64,000 nucleotides of DNA from Eledone cirrhosa (taxonomy: Eukaryota): assembly GCA_964016885.1 (NCBI GenBank), contig OZ024743.1, positions 244,404,001 through 244,468,000 of the forward strand, written 5' to 3'. Below the pieces are notes generated by a model. That model saw only the letters and a program-made list of their open reading frames with translations. It was not told the DNA's origin and did not search any database. Made by a program: the position numbers and the translations under genes. Each line of letters begins with the position of its first letter. The stretch's first letter is position 1. This document shows, piece by piece, positions 1-12,938 of this stretch.

Positions 1-157
1 GATGACTCTTTAGTTATGTCAAGATATGACTAACTCCCAAATGCTGGTGCCACGATTAAATATACCCGGTGTACCTGGTTGAGTGCTGAAGTATATTTAA
101 ACGATGTGACGACCTATCCAACCTTTGCCAGCAGGGAAAACGAACATTAAATAATAA

Positions 158-199
<42 letters not shown>

Positions 200-1256
200 G
201 TGTGTGTGTGTAAATAAAACCGTTATTGCTCCAAACAGTTCGCAAACACCCTAACCGGAATACTAACCTGTACTCATGACTTCTGCCAAACCAAACCGTA
301 CTCCATCTACCCAGTTTCTCTCAGATCATACCTTATTGCCATAAACAAAGGGCGCATACGATTATGTAGTCTTAGGCATGCAAAAAAGACGGAGAATGAG
401 TCGAACCGAAGTTGTAGCAAATGACCCTTGAGGGGTTGGAGGGAATCAGGGACCTAACGATTGTGAAACGAGCTTCTTGACAATTTGGCTATTCTGTGGC
501 CACAAATAATTCGACAGATTTTATTCAAAATACTATACATATATAATTTGCTGAATCAGGTAGTCAAATAAAAGGAAAAGGAAATGAGAATCTGACCGTC
601 AGATTGGACCAATAAAAATAATATTTCTATTAGCCTTTGCATTGCTTATACTATCTGGCAGAAGAAGCAACATGGAATAAAGCATTTGGCTCAAGAACAT
701 AACGCATTATTCGGTCTAGGAATTGAACCCACGATTTTATGATCGTAACACCCAAACAACTAGGCCAGAGCTAGATAAAAATGTATAATGCAATCAAACT
801 ACTTGTTTGTCGCCATATATTAGGAACACTGGTGTCTAGTAACTGGTAATATCTACGAAGTCATTGGACTCTTTAAATATTTTAATATTAAATCTTAAGA
901 GTGTTTAAGTAACTTTACACTGTAGGAATCATTTAAATAATAAAAATATAAAATAAACTTCTGATTATAAATGTTTAGAAGAGTTCTAGTGTAATGTTGG
1001 TGTATATTTTTGTAGAGAAATAAAAGTTCAAAACAATGTCTGAGTACTTTGAATGTATTTTGTATTCATTTGTTTTTCTATTATTTTTATCGTGTTGACA
1101 AACCCTTTTCAGTCTGTACATGTTCATAACAGATTGTTCTTAAAAACTGATGAAGACTTTGTAGTATGATTGATATCGAATTTAAATGGACATCCGTCGA
1201 TATGAGGCTATTGTACACAGTTATATTAGATTCACACTTGGTGGAAGTGGAGGAGG

Positions 1257-1292
1257 TTTCAACGTTTCGGACATAAGCCCTTCATCGGGAAA
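1257..1292 (-). ncRNA. Minimal type I hammerhead ribozyme motif (family H1) with U4->C core change, in a Penelope-like pLTR remnant
   Basis: Minus strand reads uuuc-CCGAUGA-A-GGGC(UUAU)GUCC-GAAACGU-U-gaaa. Stem I uuuc/gaaa and the stem II hairpin are intact; stem III is the palindrome ACGU. Confidence 0.6.
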
Positions 1293-1543
1293 GTTCGGAT
1301 AAGAGGAGAACAGGAACCCCGAGAGGGACCATGGAGAGAAGTTATAAAGTAAAAAATACAGTATAATGATAAAAATTTATATATATATATATAAATTAAT
1401 ATTTGATGAACATTTACATGTTATAGTTGCAATTGACTAATAAGATCGCTAGAGTGAAAAATCTTAATTCAACAACATAAGGTCTGCCTGTACGATCTAG
1501 AAAATAATAAATCAATACTCACAGACTCATATGGGCAAAAAGC

Positions 1544-1610
<67 letters not shown>

Positions 1611-1648
1611 GTGTCAATAAGAATTGCAGCTTTTTGTAAACTTTATTA

Positions 1649-1735
1649 CATATTACAATTTGTTTCCATATTGATCAGCTCAGATTTGACCATGTGATCG
1701 GATCCTGACTCTTAATCGACACTTCTTCAGATATG
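1649..1735 (-). ncRNA. Type I hammerhead ribozyme motif with long stem II
   Basis: Minus strand reads cauau-CUGAAGA-agugucgauu...gaucaauaug-GAAA-caaauug-UA-auaug. Stem I is perfect (5 bp) and stem III ACAA/UUGU is near-palindromic. A (TA)n tract lies about 40 nt downstream on the minus strand. Confidence 0.65.
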
Positions 1736-2544
1736 AGAGTTTACATGGGTGGTCCTATACATATATACAGTTGTGGTTACAAACGAAATAAAAGTAATCA
1801 ATCAACATAATGTGGAAGTTGAATAATCTTATTAACAGTTTGATTCCACGATAGCAGCGGTTTTCAAGATGAAAATATCTAAATCATCAAGGGCATTGTC
1901 TATTTATACATACGTATATATAAATATACGCAGACAAGGCCAAGTAGTTAAGAAGTTCTCTACACAGTCAGGAGGTTCGGTCACATTGCGCGACTTCTTA
2001 TGCACAGGTGTCTTTTCCATAGCCTCCGAAAGACCCAGGCCGTGAGTTTGAAACTGAGTAAATAGAAACTGTATCGAAGCATATCAGATTGACTGCGTCT
2101 GTAATTCTTAGGTCCAGCCTTCTTATACTTTGTCATGCAGATTCTACTTCAGAATTATGTTAAGATTACGCGTGTCTATAGAATAGTCAGGCACTTCGCA
2201 TGCTAGTTCAAGGAGTAGGTCATTCAGTTGATATTTCAACTGATTTACACTCATCCTATTCAGTATCCTGTTGCTTGTATGGAACATATATAAAAATCAG
2301 TTCTGCTGTTAAATACTCTCTTAGGTTCATACGAAATACTAGTGGAGCATTACCATCAAAACTTGTGCACACATACCATGTGGAAAGGCTAATACAGCGG
2401 GTAATACTGGTTGTTCTGCGTGGCATTTTACCGTTCAGCCAAGGGTACAACGTTTTCTCCCCCTTTTTTAATTCATTTCTTTCCCCTTTCTTTTCTCCCT
2501 TCCAGTTTGTAGATATATATAACTGAATATGAAATATTAACTCA

Positions 2545-2734
2545 ATAATTGTTTCTACTTTAGGCACAAGGCCAGCAATTATCCAGTGCATTACTGGTAC
2601 TTTATTTTATCGACCCCGTAAGGATGAAAGGCAAAGTCAACCTCGGCGGGATTTGAACTCAGATCGTAAAGGGACGTAACTATGCTGGAAAGCATGGCGT
2701 CCGACCCTCTACCGATACTGCCAATCCACCGCCC
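2545..2734 (-). mobile_element. tRNA-derived SINE (family A), near full length, with 16-bp TSD
   Basis: A-box TGGCAGTATCGG and B-box GAGTTCAAATCC on the minus strand, central ctttgcctttcatccttacggggtcgataaaa core and gccttgtgcctaaagtagaaacaattat tail. TSD atattaactcaataat at 2534-2549 and 2740-2755. Confidence 0.9.
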
Positions 2735-3466
2735 TCAATATATTAACTCAATAATGATCTATTAACTTGAGAAAGAGAGATATAGGCCATTTTTGTTATA
2801 AAGCCTTACTACTACTACTACAACTACTACTACTGCTGCTACTACTACTACTACTACTAATCAGTAGTCAGGTCCAGGCATAGTGGATCCCCTATAGTTT
2901 TTCTTCTGCCCTTCCTCAGATCGTTGTTTCAAGGAAATAGCAATACTATACGGTCACTATTCACTTCGTATCAAAGTGCATATGTCCGAGTTTTCGGTGC
3001 ACTTATGCGAGGGTGTGACATTCTGTATTGCAAATACCCTTAATAATGCCTCCTTGCTATAGCTAGCATGCTGCTGTGTGACATCATTGTTGTTGCTGTG
3101 GTTGTAGGGGTTGTTGTTGTGGTAGTGCTGGTTGTTATTGTTGTTGTTGTGGTAGTGGTGGAGGCTTTTGTGGCTGTGGGGGTAATAGTTGTAGTAGTGG
3201 TGGTGGTGGTTGTGTTAACATTCCATTGTTGTCCAATAGTTGCTAATTTTGTTCCCAGCATGGCTTCCCACCCGGACACACGCACACATACACCATTAGC
3301 TGTCACTTATGGCGTCACAAATACACTCCCATCGCACCCATCCACAGTCCTCAATGCCCCCTCTCTCTTTCGCTATGTCCCTCATTCATTCTTATTTTCT
3401 CTCCTGTTCAAAGCAGTTCTTAAAAAAAAAATGGTGTGGTTTCTCAACCTTCGTTTCATACCACAA

Positions 3467-4330
3467 CCGTCACACTTCACCAACATCACCACCACTGCCC
3501 ACCACCGTTCCTCCCCTCCACCCCACCTCCCACACCACCACCGTCACACTCACCAACATTACCACCACTGCCCACCACCGCCCACCACCGTTCCTCCCCT
3601 CCACCCCACCTCCCACACCACCACCGTCACACTTCACCAACATCACCACCACTGCCCACCACCGTTCCTCCCCTCCACCCCACCTCCCACACCACCACCG
3701 TCACACTTCACCAACATCACCACCACTGCCCACCACCGTTCCTCCCCTCCACCCCACCTCCCACACCACCACCGTCACACTTCACCAACATCACCACCAC
3801 TGCCCACCACCGTTCCTCCCTTCCACCCCACCTCCCACACCACCACCGCCACACTCACCAACATCACCACCACTGCCCACCACCGTTCCTCCCCTCCACC
3901 CCACCTCCCACACCACAACCGTCACACTCACCAACATCACCACCACTGCCCACCACCGTTCCTCCCCTCCACCCTCACCTCCACATCACACCACCACCGT
4001 CACACTCACCAACATCACCACCACTGCCCACCACCGTTCCTCCCCTCCACCCCACCTCCCACACCACCACCGCCACACTCACCAACATCACCACTGCCCA
4101 CCACCGTTCCTCCCCTCCACCCCACCTCCCACACCACCACCGTCACACTCACCAACATCACCTCCCCCCCACCCCACCTCCCACACCACCACCGTCACAC
4201 TCACCAACATCACCACCACTGCCCACCACCGTTCCTCCCCTCCACCCCACCTCCCACACCACCACCGTCACACTCACCAACATCACCACCACTGCCCACC
4301 ACCGTTCCTCCCCTCCACCCTCACCTCCAC
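3467..4330. repeat. C-rich minisatellite, 73-74 bp unit, about 11-12 copies
   Basis: Unit caccaccgttcctcccctccaccccacctcccacaccaccaccgtcacac(t)tcaccaacatcaccaccactgcc, e.g. starting at 3731, 3805 and 3878. Confidence 0.95.
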
Positions 4331-4539
4331 ACGTACACATTGGCGTTTGTTATTCCATAAATATAGTCAACTAGGTAATATGAAGTAGGAGGTGGGGGTG
4401 TGGGATAAGTGTTCTTGTCTTTATGACCGTTGTTGTTGTAGTTGCTCCTCCCCTTCTTCTTCTCCCCCTCCTTCTATTGCTTCTCTGCTGCTTAGCTTTA
4501 AAAGCGACTGTAACCTGTTCCAGTTTTCTCGTAATCTAT

Positions 4540-4819
4540 GTATGTGTACACGCACACACGTGCATATATATATATATACAAATGTACACATATATATATA
4601 AATGTACACATATATATATATATAAATGTACACATATATATATAAATATGTATATATAAATATATATATATATACATATATAAATGTACACACACACATA
4701 TATATATATGCACACACACATATATACATATGTATGTACATATATATATATATATATAAATATATAAATGTACACACACATATATATATATGCACACACA
4801 CATATATACATATGTATGT

Positions 4820-4872
<53 letters not shown>

Positions 4873-4887
4873 AGAGAAAGACTGACA

Positions 4888-4943
<56 letters not shown>

Positions 4944-4959
4944 TACATATGTATATATA

Positions 4960-5009
<50 letters not shown>

Positions 5010-5041
5010 TATATATACATATGTATGTACATATATATATG

Positions 5042-5073
<32 letters not shown>

Positions 5074-5115
5074 TGTCAGTCTTTGTCACTGTGTATATGC
5101 ATGTGTGTGTGTGTT
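4540..5115. repeat. Compound (TA)n/(CA)n/(TG)n microsatellite with internal inverted duplications
   Basis: Read directly. Blocks such as cacacacatatatacatatgtatgtac recur in both orientations. Confidence 0.9.
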
Positions 5116-5381
5116 TATCTGTGTATATGTACGTGTGGATTCTTGTTTGTGTCGCATACATACATAGTTACGTACTGTCATCCCTTAAATGCCATTATAT
5201 TGACACTGTGTCACCGACAACCACGTGTTATTGTTGTTGTAGCTGGGTTGATAGTTGTAGTTGTTATTATTCTTCTCTTGTGAATTTGCTTTGCCTTTTT
5301 TCTTTTTTCTTTTTTTTCTTCGTATTTATTTTATTTCATAGTGATGTCAGCCCTTTAAGAATTTGTCACCACCTTCTTAAA

Positions 5382-5700
5382 GCAGTGAATTGGCAAAGTC
5401 ATTAGAGCGTCGATGAAAGGTTTTGCCATTTGTTCTGGCTCACTGCGTTCTGAGTTCGAATTCCACCGAGGTCAACTTTGCCTTTCATCTTTTCGAGGTC
5501 GATAACTAAAGTGCCAGTTCACTACCGGCGTTGATTCCTTGTGTATTTTATTTCTCTTTCTTAGTATTTGTTTATCTTTCTCTCTGAAAGAAATTGACTG
5601 ATTTCAGATCTGAAGAGAAATGAGCTCCAGCAGATTTTAAATGCCCATGTATGTCGTGTGTCAAGACGGTGTCCCTACGACTCCATCGGAAATTAAGACA
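5382..5700 (+). mobile_element. Family A SINE variant with an alternative 3' tail (related copies at about 9590-9900 and 27840-28080)
   Basis: Pol III boxes and core, followed by a shared tail (ttcagacctggaga...cctacaactccatcgggagttac-like) seen at three loci. Confidence 0.6.
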
Positions 5701-7677
5701 TCTTTCCTTTTATTACCTTCCGACTTTGTCTTGTAATAACGAACTTTCTTGAGAGTTTATTTCGTCGCTACAAATACTCCAATGCCAATTTCATTGCTTC
5801 GACCACAAATCCGGGTATCGCTGCGCTTAACACACAGGACCTGACCTCGGGGGATAACTAAATGACCGGTCGTTTTCTTTTTGTGCCGGTTGCCATCGAG
5901 ATCTCCAGCGTCCTCGCTCTCCGGTCAACAGTTTTCCTCTTCCAAATAGACAGGAGGACATCTCGCATGAGGAAGGAGACCGCGTGAAGTGGAATGGGTG
6001 ATGGAGTGGGTGACAATACTCCTGTCATCTTATTCGCTGGACGCAGTTGAGATGTACCACCCAGCCAAGACTGTTCCACACTCTTTTATTCAAAGTCTGG
6101 TACATAATTCATCGATCTATTTTGTCGAACTGTTAAGTTATGAAACATAGACATAGACATACATTCTCGTAAACAATATATATGCGCGCGCGCACACACA
6201 CACACACACAGAATTTCCTTTAAAAGGTATTGGTTAACCCGAGGAGAATATACAGTTTAAGTAACTTATGCGAGGGTATTACTAGTAAATATGAACAGTT
6301 TTCTGGCTTAATGAGTGAAGGAATTCAGCACCCATGACTACTTTTAGTGTATCCAATTAAAATTAGTTAGGGATGGGGAAACCCACAACTCTTGGCCAGG
6401 ACAAACCAGAGTAGACAAAGATGGCACAGTTGACACAGAGTTACGAATTTAAGGTTTTGTAGATGCTTGCCTAAATTTTAGTTTTTATTTCGTTCTGTTA
6501 CTTCTAAGTATATCATGCACGCAACATGTATATACCTATAAACCATACATAAATTATGTTTAGCACTAACCATTGATGCTAAAATATTTAATATGCTATT
6601 CGAAATGAGACCTTCATTTCACACCTGTTCTAAGCCTTATTACCAGCATTAGAAGCCTGCATTTCCCATCTTGTTTGGGCTTATAACCAGCTTTTTGTGA
6701 GAAGGGACACATTTCATATTTGGCCTGTGCCTATTACCAGCTTTGTACGAGCCTACTCCTAGGATATCCTCAGACAAAAGACCGTGTTTCAATATAGATT
6801 GGACTCTGCCTAAGGTGCTTAATGGTTTGTAAGTGATTCAGACTCCAGTTGAATTTTATTTTAAAAAAGTACAATCCAAATTCCTCACGACCCTCCTAGG
6901 AATAAGTGGGAAACAGTGCAATCCAACCTATACTACGTTACTCGATGTGCTCGATGTAGTAACCTAACTTCCTTAACTTATTACTCTTTTAAAATAAAGA
7001 CCACGTTTGTTTATAATTGCTTTAATGATATAAACATTTCATCGTTGTAGAACATTGTATGGAGGATGTACCATATTTATCACAGTAATTCAGCGCATCT
7101 ATTCTTTATTTGAATTCCTCTGAGACAAAGGTTCTCAACCCATTTCGGCCAAACGCCCCTTTTGCCCCTCGAAATCACGAAACGCCCCCTATCCTATTTT
7201 TCTATTTTTCAATATACTACTGATTTTGATATCAGTAGATTACTGGGCCAAATCAAGTTATGTTAGAATCTTTTAAAAAGTCTTTAAAAAATACTCATAC
7301 GAATTAAATACAAAAAAAGTTTCAGTTCAAAACAAAAGCAAGCTATTTCAAATTATATATTTTTGAAAAATAGACGTGAATGTTCCAAAAGATTTGATCT
7401 CAGTCGAAAAAGCTTTTTTTTAAAATTCTATATTTTCACTGTTAGCTGTTGTAATATTTTGAGTGGATAGACAATTTTACTATTCAAACTGTAAAGTTAA
7501 AATACAAAAGATGCAAAATATGAAGAATTTCTTACTTTTCTCTTGAATCTCAAACTCAAGGGAAAAATAGTACCTTGCAAAATAAAGTGCCTCGATCACA
7601 AACTTAGTTGCAACGAATGAATTGAGATACTTAGTGAGCAAACAATATCTGTATCCCTTATATATACATAGATAGAA

Positions 7678-7722
<45 letters not shown>

Positions 7723-8016
7723 TACAAATACACAAACAAACAAACAAACTTGTGTGTGTGTGTCTGTGTGTGCCTTGTTTTTGGTACAGAAAGAATTTTT
7801 CTCCAGTTTTTATTGCCGGGTCAAAGGCCACTGCTCTTTTCAACAACGTCAAATAATATATATATATATATATATATAAGAGAGAGAGAGAGTAAGAAAT
7901 GTGTGTGTGTGTTTGGTACACGTCTATCTATCTATCTCTCCAACAGCGGGCTCAAACATTCGGCTCGCGAACTACTTTTCTAATATTTCAGATTCCATTA
8001 TAACTAGTGAAAATAA

Positions 8017-8222
8017 GGCGGTGAGCTGGTGGAATCGTTAGCACATCTTAGCGGCACTTCTTCCGTTTTTACGTTCTGAGTTCAAATTCCGCCGATCTCA
8101 AATTTGCCTTTCATCCTTTTGGGGTCGATAAATTAAGTACCAGTTGTAAACTGATATCGATATAATCGACGGAACCCTAAACCCTAAATTTCATGCCTTG
8201 TGCCTATAGTAGAAATGATAAT
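8017..8222 (+). mobile_element. Family A SINE with about 15-bp TSD
   Basis: ggcggtgagctggtggaatcgttagc...gagttcaaattccgcc...tail. Flanks ataactagtgaaaat and ataactggtgaaaat. Confidence 0.85.
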
Positions 8223-8495
8223 AACTGGTGAAAATCATCACTCAACACCACGTTTGAGCCAGTGCCTCTCCTCCAGGATATAATGGCCCTTTTATGTCCT
8301 TGAGTTTGAGACCCCTCTTCTACATACACACACACACACACATATATATATACACTTTACTTTTTTTTGTCTCTGGACTACGCCCATGCTGGAGCATCAC
8401 CTTGGTAAGTTATGGGGACGTCAACAAACCAACAAGCATTGGTGGGAGGGAAAACACAAATGCAAAGATACACACACACATATATATACATATAT

Positions 8496-8610
8496 ACGAC
8501 GCGCTTCTTTTAGTTTCGGTCTATCAAATCCACTCACAGGGCTTTGGTCGGCCCGGGCAGTGGGACTGAACCCGGAAACATGTGGTTGGTAAGCAAGCTT
8601 CCTGTCACAC
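8496..8610 (-). mobile_element. tRNA-derived SINE (family C) fragment; other copies at about 1938-2080(+), 14710-14865(-), 16277-16420(-), 33617-33740(+), 48610-48763(-), 61740-61885(+)
   Basis: Shared motifs aagcttgct...ccacatg...ggttcagtcccactg and ccgaccaaagccttgtgagtggatttg. Confidence 0.75.
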
Positions 8611-10517
8611 TGCGTATATATATATATATATATGTGTGTGTGTTATCAAGTTTGCAATGAAAATAAAAAGAACAAGTCAAGTTACTTTATAATTTTGTTG
8701 TTTTTATTTTTATTGTTAATTTAATACCTAATATCTGACTCTGTATGTAAAGAATTAATTCACCGAAACACAGAACTTCTCTATGGATTTTACAAGATTA
8801 CATTGAGTCCTATCTACGGTACGACTGAAAAAATAATATATATATATAAATCTACATACATACATATATACATACATTTACCTATGTATATAGCTATGCA
8901 TTTATACATTTGTATATATACATGCATTTATATTTAATGTGTAAGGATATTGACATGACTTATGTTTTTTTTTTGGTAAGGAGAGAATTTTGGCTCCAGA
9001 TTTTATTACCTAGGGAGATTAAATACCTCAGCTCTGGCTGAAAGCTGACCAGGTTCTCAACCTCATCAAACATCAACGCCGGCCTGTGTGTGTATATTAT
9101 ATATATATATGTGTGTGTATGTACGTATGCATGTGTGTGTATGATTGTATGTATGTAAATGAATACACCCACACCTTTCACCACCATTGCCTCTTTTTCT
9201 TGTCGTTTCTGTTGTTCTTGTAACTGTTGTAAAAGTTGACGTTGCCCTTATTTTCATTTTCTTTGATTTCTTTCTTTTATCTCCCTAGGGAATTCGTTGA
9301 CAAGCTTCTTTTATTTATTTTTGTTTTCTTCATTCAAATGCATTCACACTGACTGTCTCAGAGACGTACAAATATGGCTTATAAAACTAGCACCTACCCA
9401 AAGCTTCAAACGTGCCCTTGCTCCCCCCCCCCCCCCATTGAGAACCTCTGCTCTAATACATTGTCAAGAATGATCTGATGGTCCTTGTTTAGCAATATTA
9501 TTCAAAGCTAGCAGCTGGTTCAACCTGTTCAGGAAGATGGTGGATGCGAGATACCGGAAATAATTCTTTGGTTATATTTAACATATTTTAATAGAAATTA
9601 GAACGTCGGATAGAATTCTTTACATTATTCGTTCCGACTCACTCTGCTCTCTGAGTTCAAATCCCGCTGAGGTCAACATTTGCTTTTCATCCTTTCGAAG
9701 TCGATAACACTGGTGTAGATTCCATCTCTATATCTCTTTCTCACTTCCTCTTTCCAAATCCCTCTCTCTCTCGCCTTTTTTTGAAGAAGTCGGTTGTGTT
9801 CAGACCTGGAGACGGGGTGGGATCCCCAAGGTTTAAAGTACCCAAGTTACGCTGTGTGTCATGACAGTGCCCCTACAACTCCATCAGGAGTTACAGGTCC
9901 TTACATACAGTAGGAATTTTGATTAACTTTTTTTCACCTATTCGATAGTCAAGTTAAACAACTGAACGTTAAACTCTTACAGTGTGTCAATCTAATATGA
10001 GTGCATGAAGAGTTAAGTTTACAAAGGTGACAGTAGCTGATATTCTGTTTCTGAGTTATTTATTGTACGTCAGAGTCCGGACACAGATCTTTACGAACCT
10101 TCCAGATGGTATATAAAATAGAGATTTAGTACTTGAAAGCCTTGTAAGTTGTTCAGACGTGGATTATATTTTATGAAACATTCTTATATTATTTCAGCTG
10201 GTCGATGTAGCAGACGCTGCTAAGAGACCAAAGTGTAACCTACCCAGATTAGTTACCGCTAAAGATTTAGCATCAGAGTAGGGAATGTTGTAGAGAATGT
10301 TCTCAGTATCGCGTTTCAGTAAGCTTTAGCTAAGTACCAGCAGTTCGTGGGTATAGTCGGAAACGCAATAGCGGACATAACTACAATTAAGTCATGGGCA
10401 CTTGAAACCTTTGGGTTTGCTTCCTTCTTCGGTGCAAAGTAATTTTATTTGGGTGTTTTCCATCCGTAAATATAATTTTGAGGAAAATAGGTTTATATTA
10501 TAATTCATTGGCCTCGA

Positions 10518-10730
10518 GTGATGGATTGGCAGAATCGTTAGAGCGTCGTACAACATACTTTGTGGTATTTGTTCCGGTTCAGTTCTCAGATCAAATCCGC
10601 TGAGATCAACATTGCCTTTCTTTCTTCCGGAGACGATAAAATAAAGTACTAATCAAGTACGGGGTCCATATAATCGACTTTACAGTTCCCCTAAATTGCA
10701 GGCCTTGTGTCCGAAGTAAAAACCATTATT
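10518..10730 (+). mobile_element. Family A SINE; further decayed copies at about 12300-12470(-), 13860-14020, 20053-20250, 20800-20905, 22380-22555, 27080-27225, 45218-45355, 63300-63420, 63940-64000
   Basis: tggcagaatcgttagagcgtcg A-box, core and gccttgtg...tail. Confidence 0.8.
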
Positions 10731-12938
10731 ATTCATTGACCAGATGAATTTATCATCGATATCTTGTTGAGGTGTAAAGACATCTTTATTTTTATGTCTA
10801 GCATTAGTTATTAAAGTTAGTTTTAATGTATATCTAACAACAAAATGAAGAATCAGAAAAATCACAGAGTGGCGCTTTGTGTTACTCTATTTGTTATACT
10901 TTATTTCTTGACATTTTGTTAGATAAAGTTCTATTGTTCTCTTCTATTTGGTTTTTGTTTTAAAAGTGATCTGTGAGCGGTATCCTCAATTTGTTTGTCA
11001 TGTCAGTATCTTTCAGATTATGACAGAATTCTAATCAGGAATTTGTTAAATACTTTAGCAAATCTGATGCATACAATCGACCCTATTTCTAATAGCAGGA
11101 CGGTCATGTGATCATATTACCAAATACCTATCGTACACGTTTGTCCCATTCATTTTTCAGCATGGTATAATATCCCAGTGCAGATGGTCTTTTTTGCAAT
11201 ACAAGTTGTATAATTGTTTACCTTCACTAACACCTGTGTGGAAGACTGCTATAATTGCTCCTCCACTCCCTAGTATGTTAAGGAGTCTTTCAAATAACTT
11301 AGATAAAATAGTTTCAGGGGCTCATAAGGCTGACGCAGCATGATTTTAAGAGAGCTAAGGTCAGCTGGTCCTGGAACCCACTTTGCATCAAGGCAGTTTA
11401 TTTATTCAGCTACAAGCCAGTTTATTGATTCAGCTAGAATCATGTGAAATAAGTTTAAAAGGAATGGTATAAGAATGTCTTGGGATATTTACTGTTCTCT
11501 AATTGGTTAAGAAACGACACATTCCTACTGACCTATGAGTAGACGTCATACCCTCAGATATCCCCAACTCAAATACTAATTAGCACAATTCTAATTTATG
11601 CGATGTTTGATTTTTGAAGTTAAAAACTTACAAACATAATGAATAAATACTTTTCTGTTTCACTTAATCAAGCTCATCTGCCACACATTGTTTCACTGTG
11701 AATTCTCTTCCATAGATACCCAGGAGTCTTCTGCCACCCCATTACTAGTATTGTCATCACTTCATTAGTTATCTTTCTAAAGAGCAACTTTAAACAAAAA
11801 TGGTGTATATTTATGATAGGCATGCTATTGTGTTACATTTATGATATTCAGTCGAGACAACGAGAAAGCTCGACTTGGTAAGAATAGAAGCCAAATCACA
11901 CCAACCGCCACGGAAAGAGCAGGCATAGATATGCAAAAAGATGGGAAGGCACGGCGGGGACGCCTCTCATCATAGCTTAGCTCGGTCAGGGCAAATTTGA
12001 GGTTAACAAAACCTCTGTTGACTAACATAGTAAAATGCTCAAACCATAAACACAGCTGTCTCAATGACCAAGATTAACAATATACCCATCTATGACTGAA
12101 TGGAAGCAATGGATGTGTGCAACTCACTGAAGGCAGCTGTATACCTGTATGAATGTATGTACTCGTAATTCCCGATGGAGCCGTGGGGTGGCTTTATGAC
12201 ATGGGCACTTTAAATCAGGCGGAGCCCATCCCTCATCCCCGAACCCAGCCGATTTTTGCCAGGGGATAGAGAACGAGGAAGAGAGGAAGTGAGAACGAGA
12301 TTTAGGGGAAGTACCGACCCCAGTACTGGATTGTTACCTTTTTATTAACCTCAAAAGGATAAAAAACAAAGATGATCTCGGCCGGATTTGAACTCAGAGC
12401 TGAGAGAGCTGGAACGAATGTCGCCAAGCATTCTATCCAATATTCTAACGACTCTACCAATATGCCGCCCAAGGCAGCAGAAGCATCCTATTGTCGATGA
12501 TAGTTTTGTTAGTTTTAATTCCTGGAACTACAAAACGACTCGGTCATTATCACTGAAACATCCTGAGGTTTATTCTGGTGCTGTCAAAGGCCCATTGCAT
12601 CATCTGACCACTTCATAAACAGGTTCAGGATTGGGTTTCAACAATAAATAATTCTTCACGTCAGCTAGTTTCACTAAAATGGAGAATTTAGTAGTAATTT
12701 GAACTGGTATCATGATGATATTCAATAGATCTGACTGTTAGTTCTACTAACAATGCCGCTTCCTATAAAACATGTAATTCTTGATTTAAATACCATTCAT
12801 AAAGATGAATAAAGATAAACGACATTATCTTGACGAGCGAGAGTGAGAGAGGGTGGATGGGGAATTAGTAATGTAATAGAACACGCAGTTTGCTAACTGT
12901 TATTTAACACATTGTGAAAATAAATGTGCGTCATTTAA

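Larger units (their letters stand above)
7126..9450. mobile_element. Decayed hAT (Charlie/Buster-like) DNA transposon with nested SINEs and microsatellites
   Basis: TIRs caaaggttctcaa and ttgagaacctctg. 8-bp flanks ctctgaga (7118-7125) and ctctaata (9451-9458) match 6/8 and fit the NTCTAGAN-type target. Subterminal cgcccc repeats are present. Confidence 0.6.

Noticed and set aside
1145-1222. CTGATGA-agac...gtc-GATA hammerhead-like motif
   Set aside because: GAAA is mutated and there is no clear stem I or III; at best a decayed copy.
2545-2734. tRNA gene
   Set aside because: The A and B boxes belong to a multi-copy SINE head with TSDs; no cloverleaf.
3467-4330. CRISPR-like array
   Set aside because: Contiguous tandem units with no unique spacers, in a eukaryotic context.
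3068-4388. Three long His/Pro/Thr-rich ORFs (430, 359 and 312 aa)
   Set aside because: All frames are open only because the C/A-rich minisatellite lacks stop codons, and its 73/74-bp unit is not a multiple of 3.
4421-5405. YI/VC/HT-repeat ORFs here and throughout (e.g. 26526, 34953, 58455-60898)
   Set aside because: These are translations of dinucleotide microsatellites.
5780-6085. GC-richer minus-strand ORF (MRDVLLSIWKRK)
   Set aside because: Possibly an old LINE fragment, but it has no diagnostic motif.
10144-10280. gtaagt...tttcag mini-intron followed by a 27-codon frame
   Set aside because: The intron is very short and the peptide unrecognisable; it could be an LTR remnant.
11825-12064. 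Minus ORF with ELSYDER, like a CR1 RT tail
   Set aside because: Only one short motif matches, too degenerate to call.
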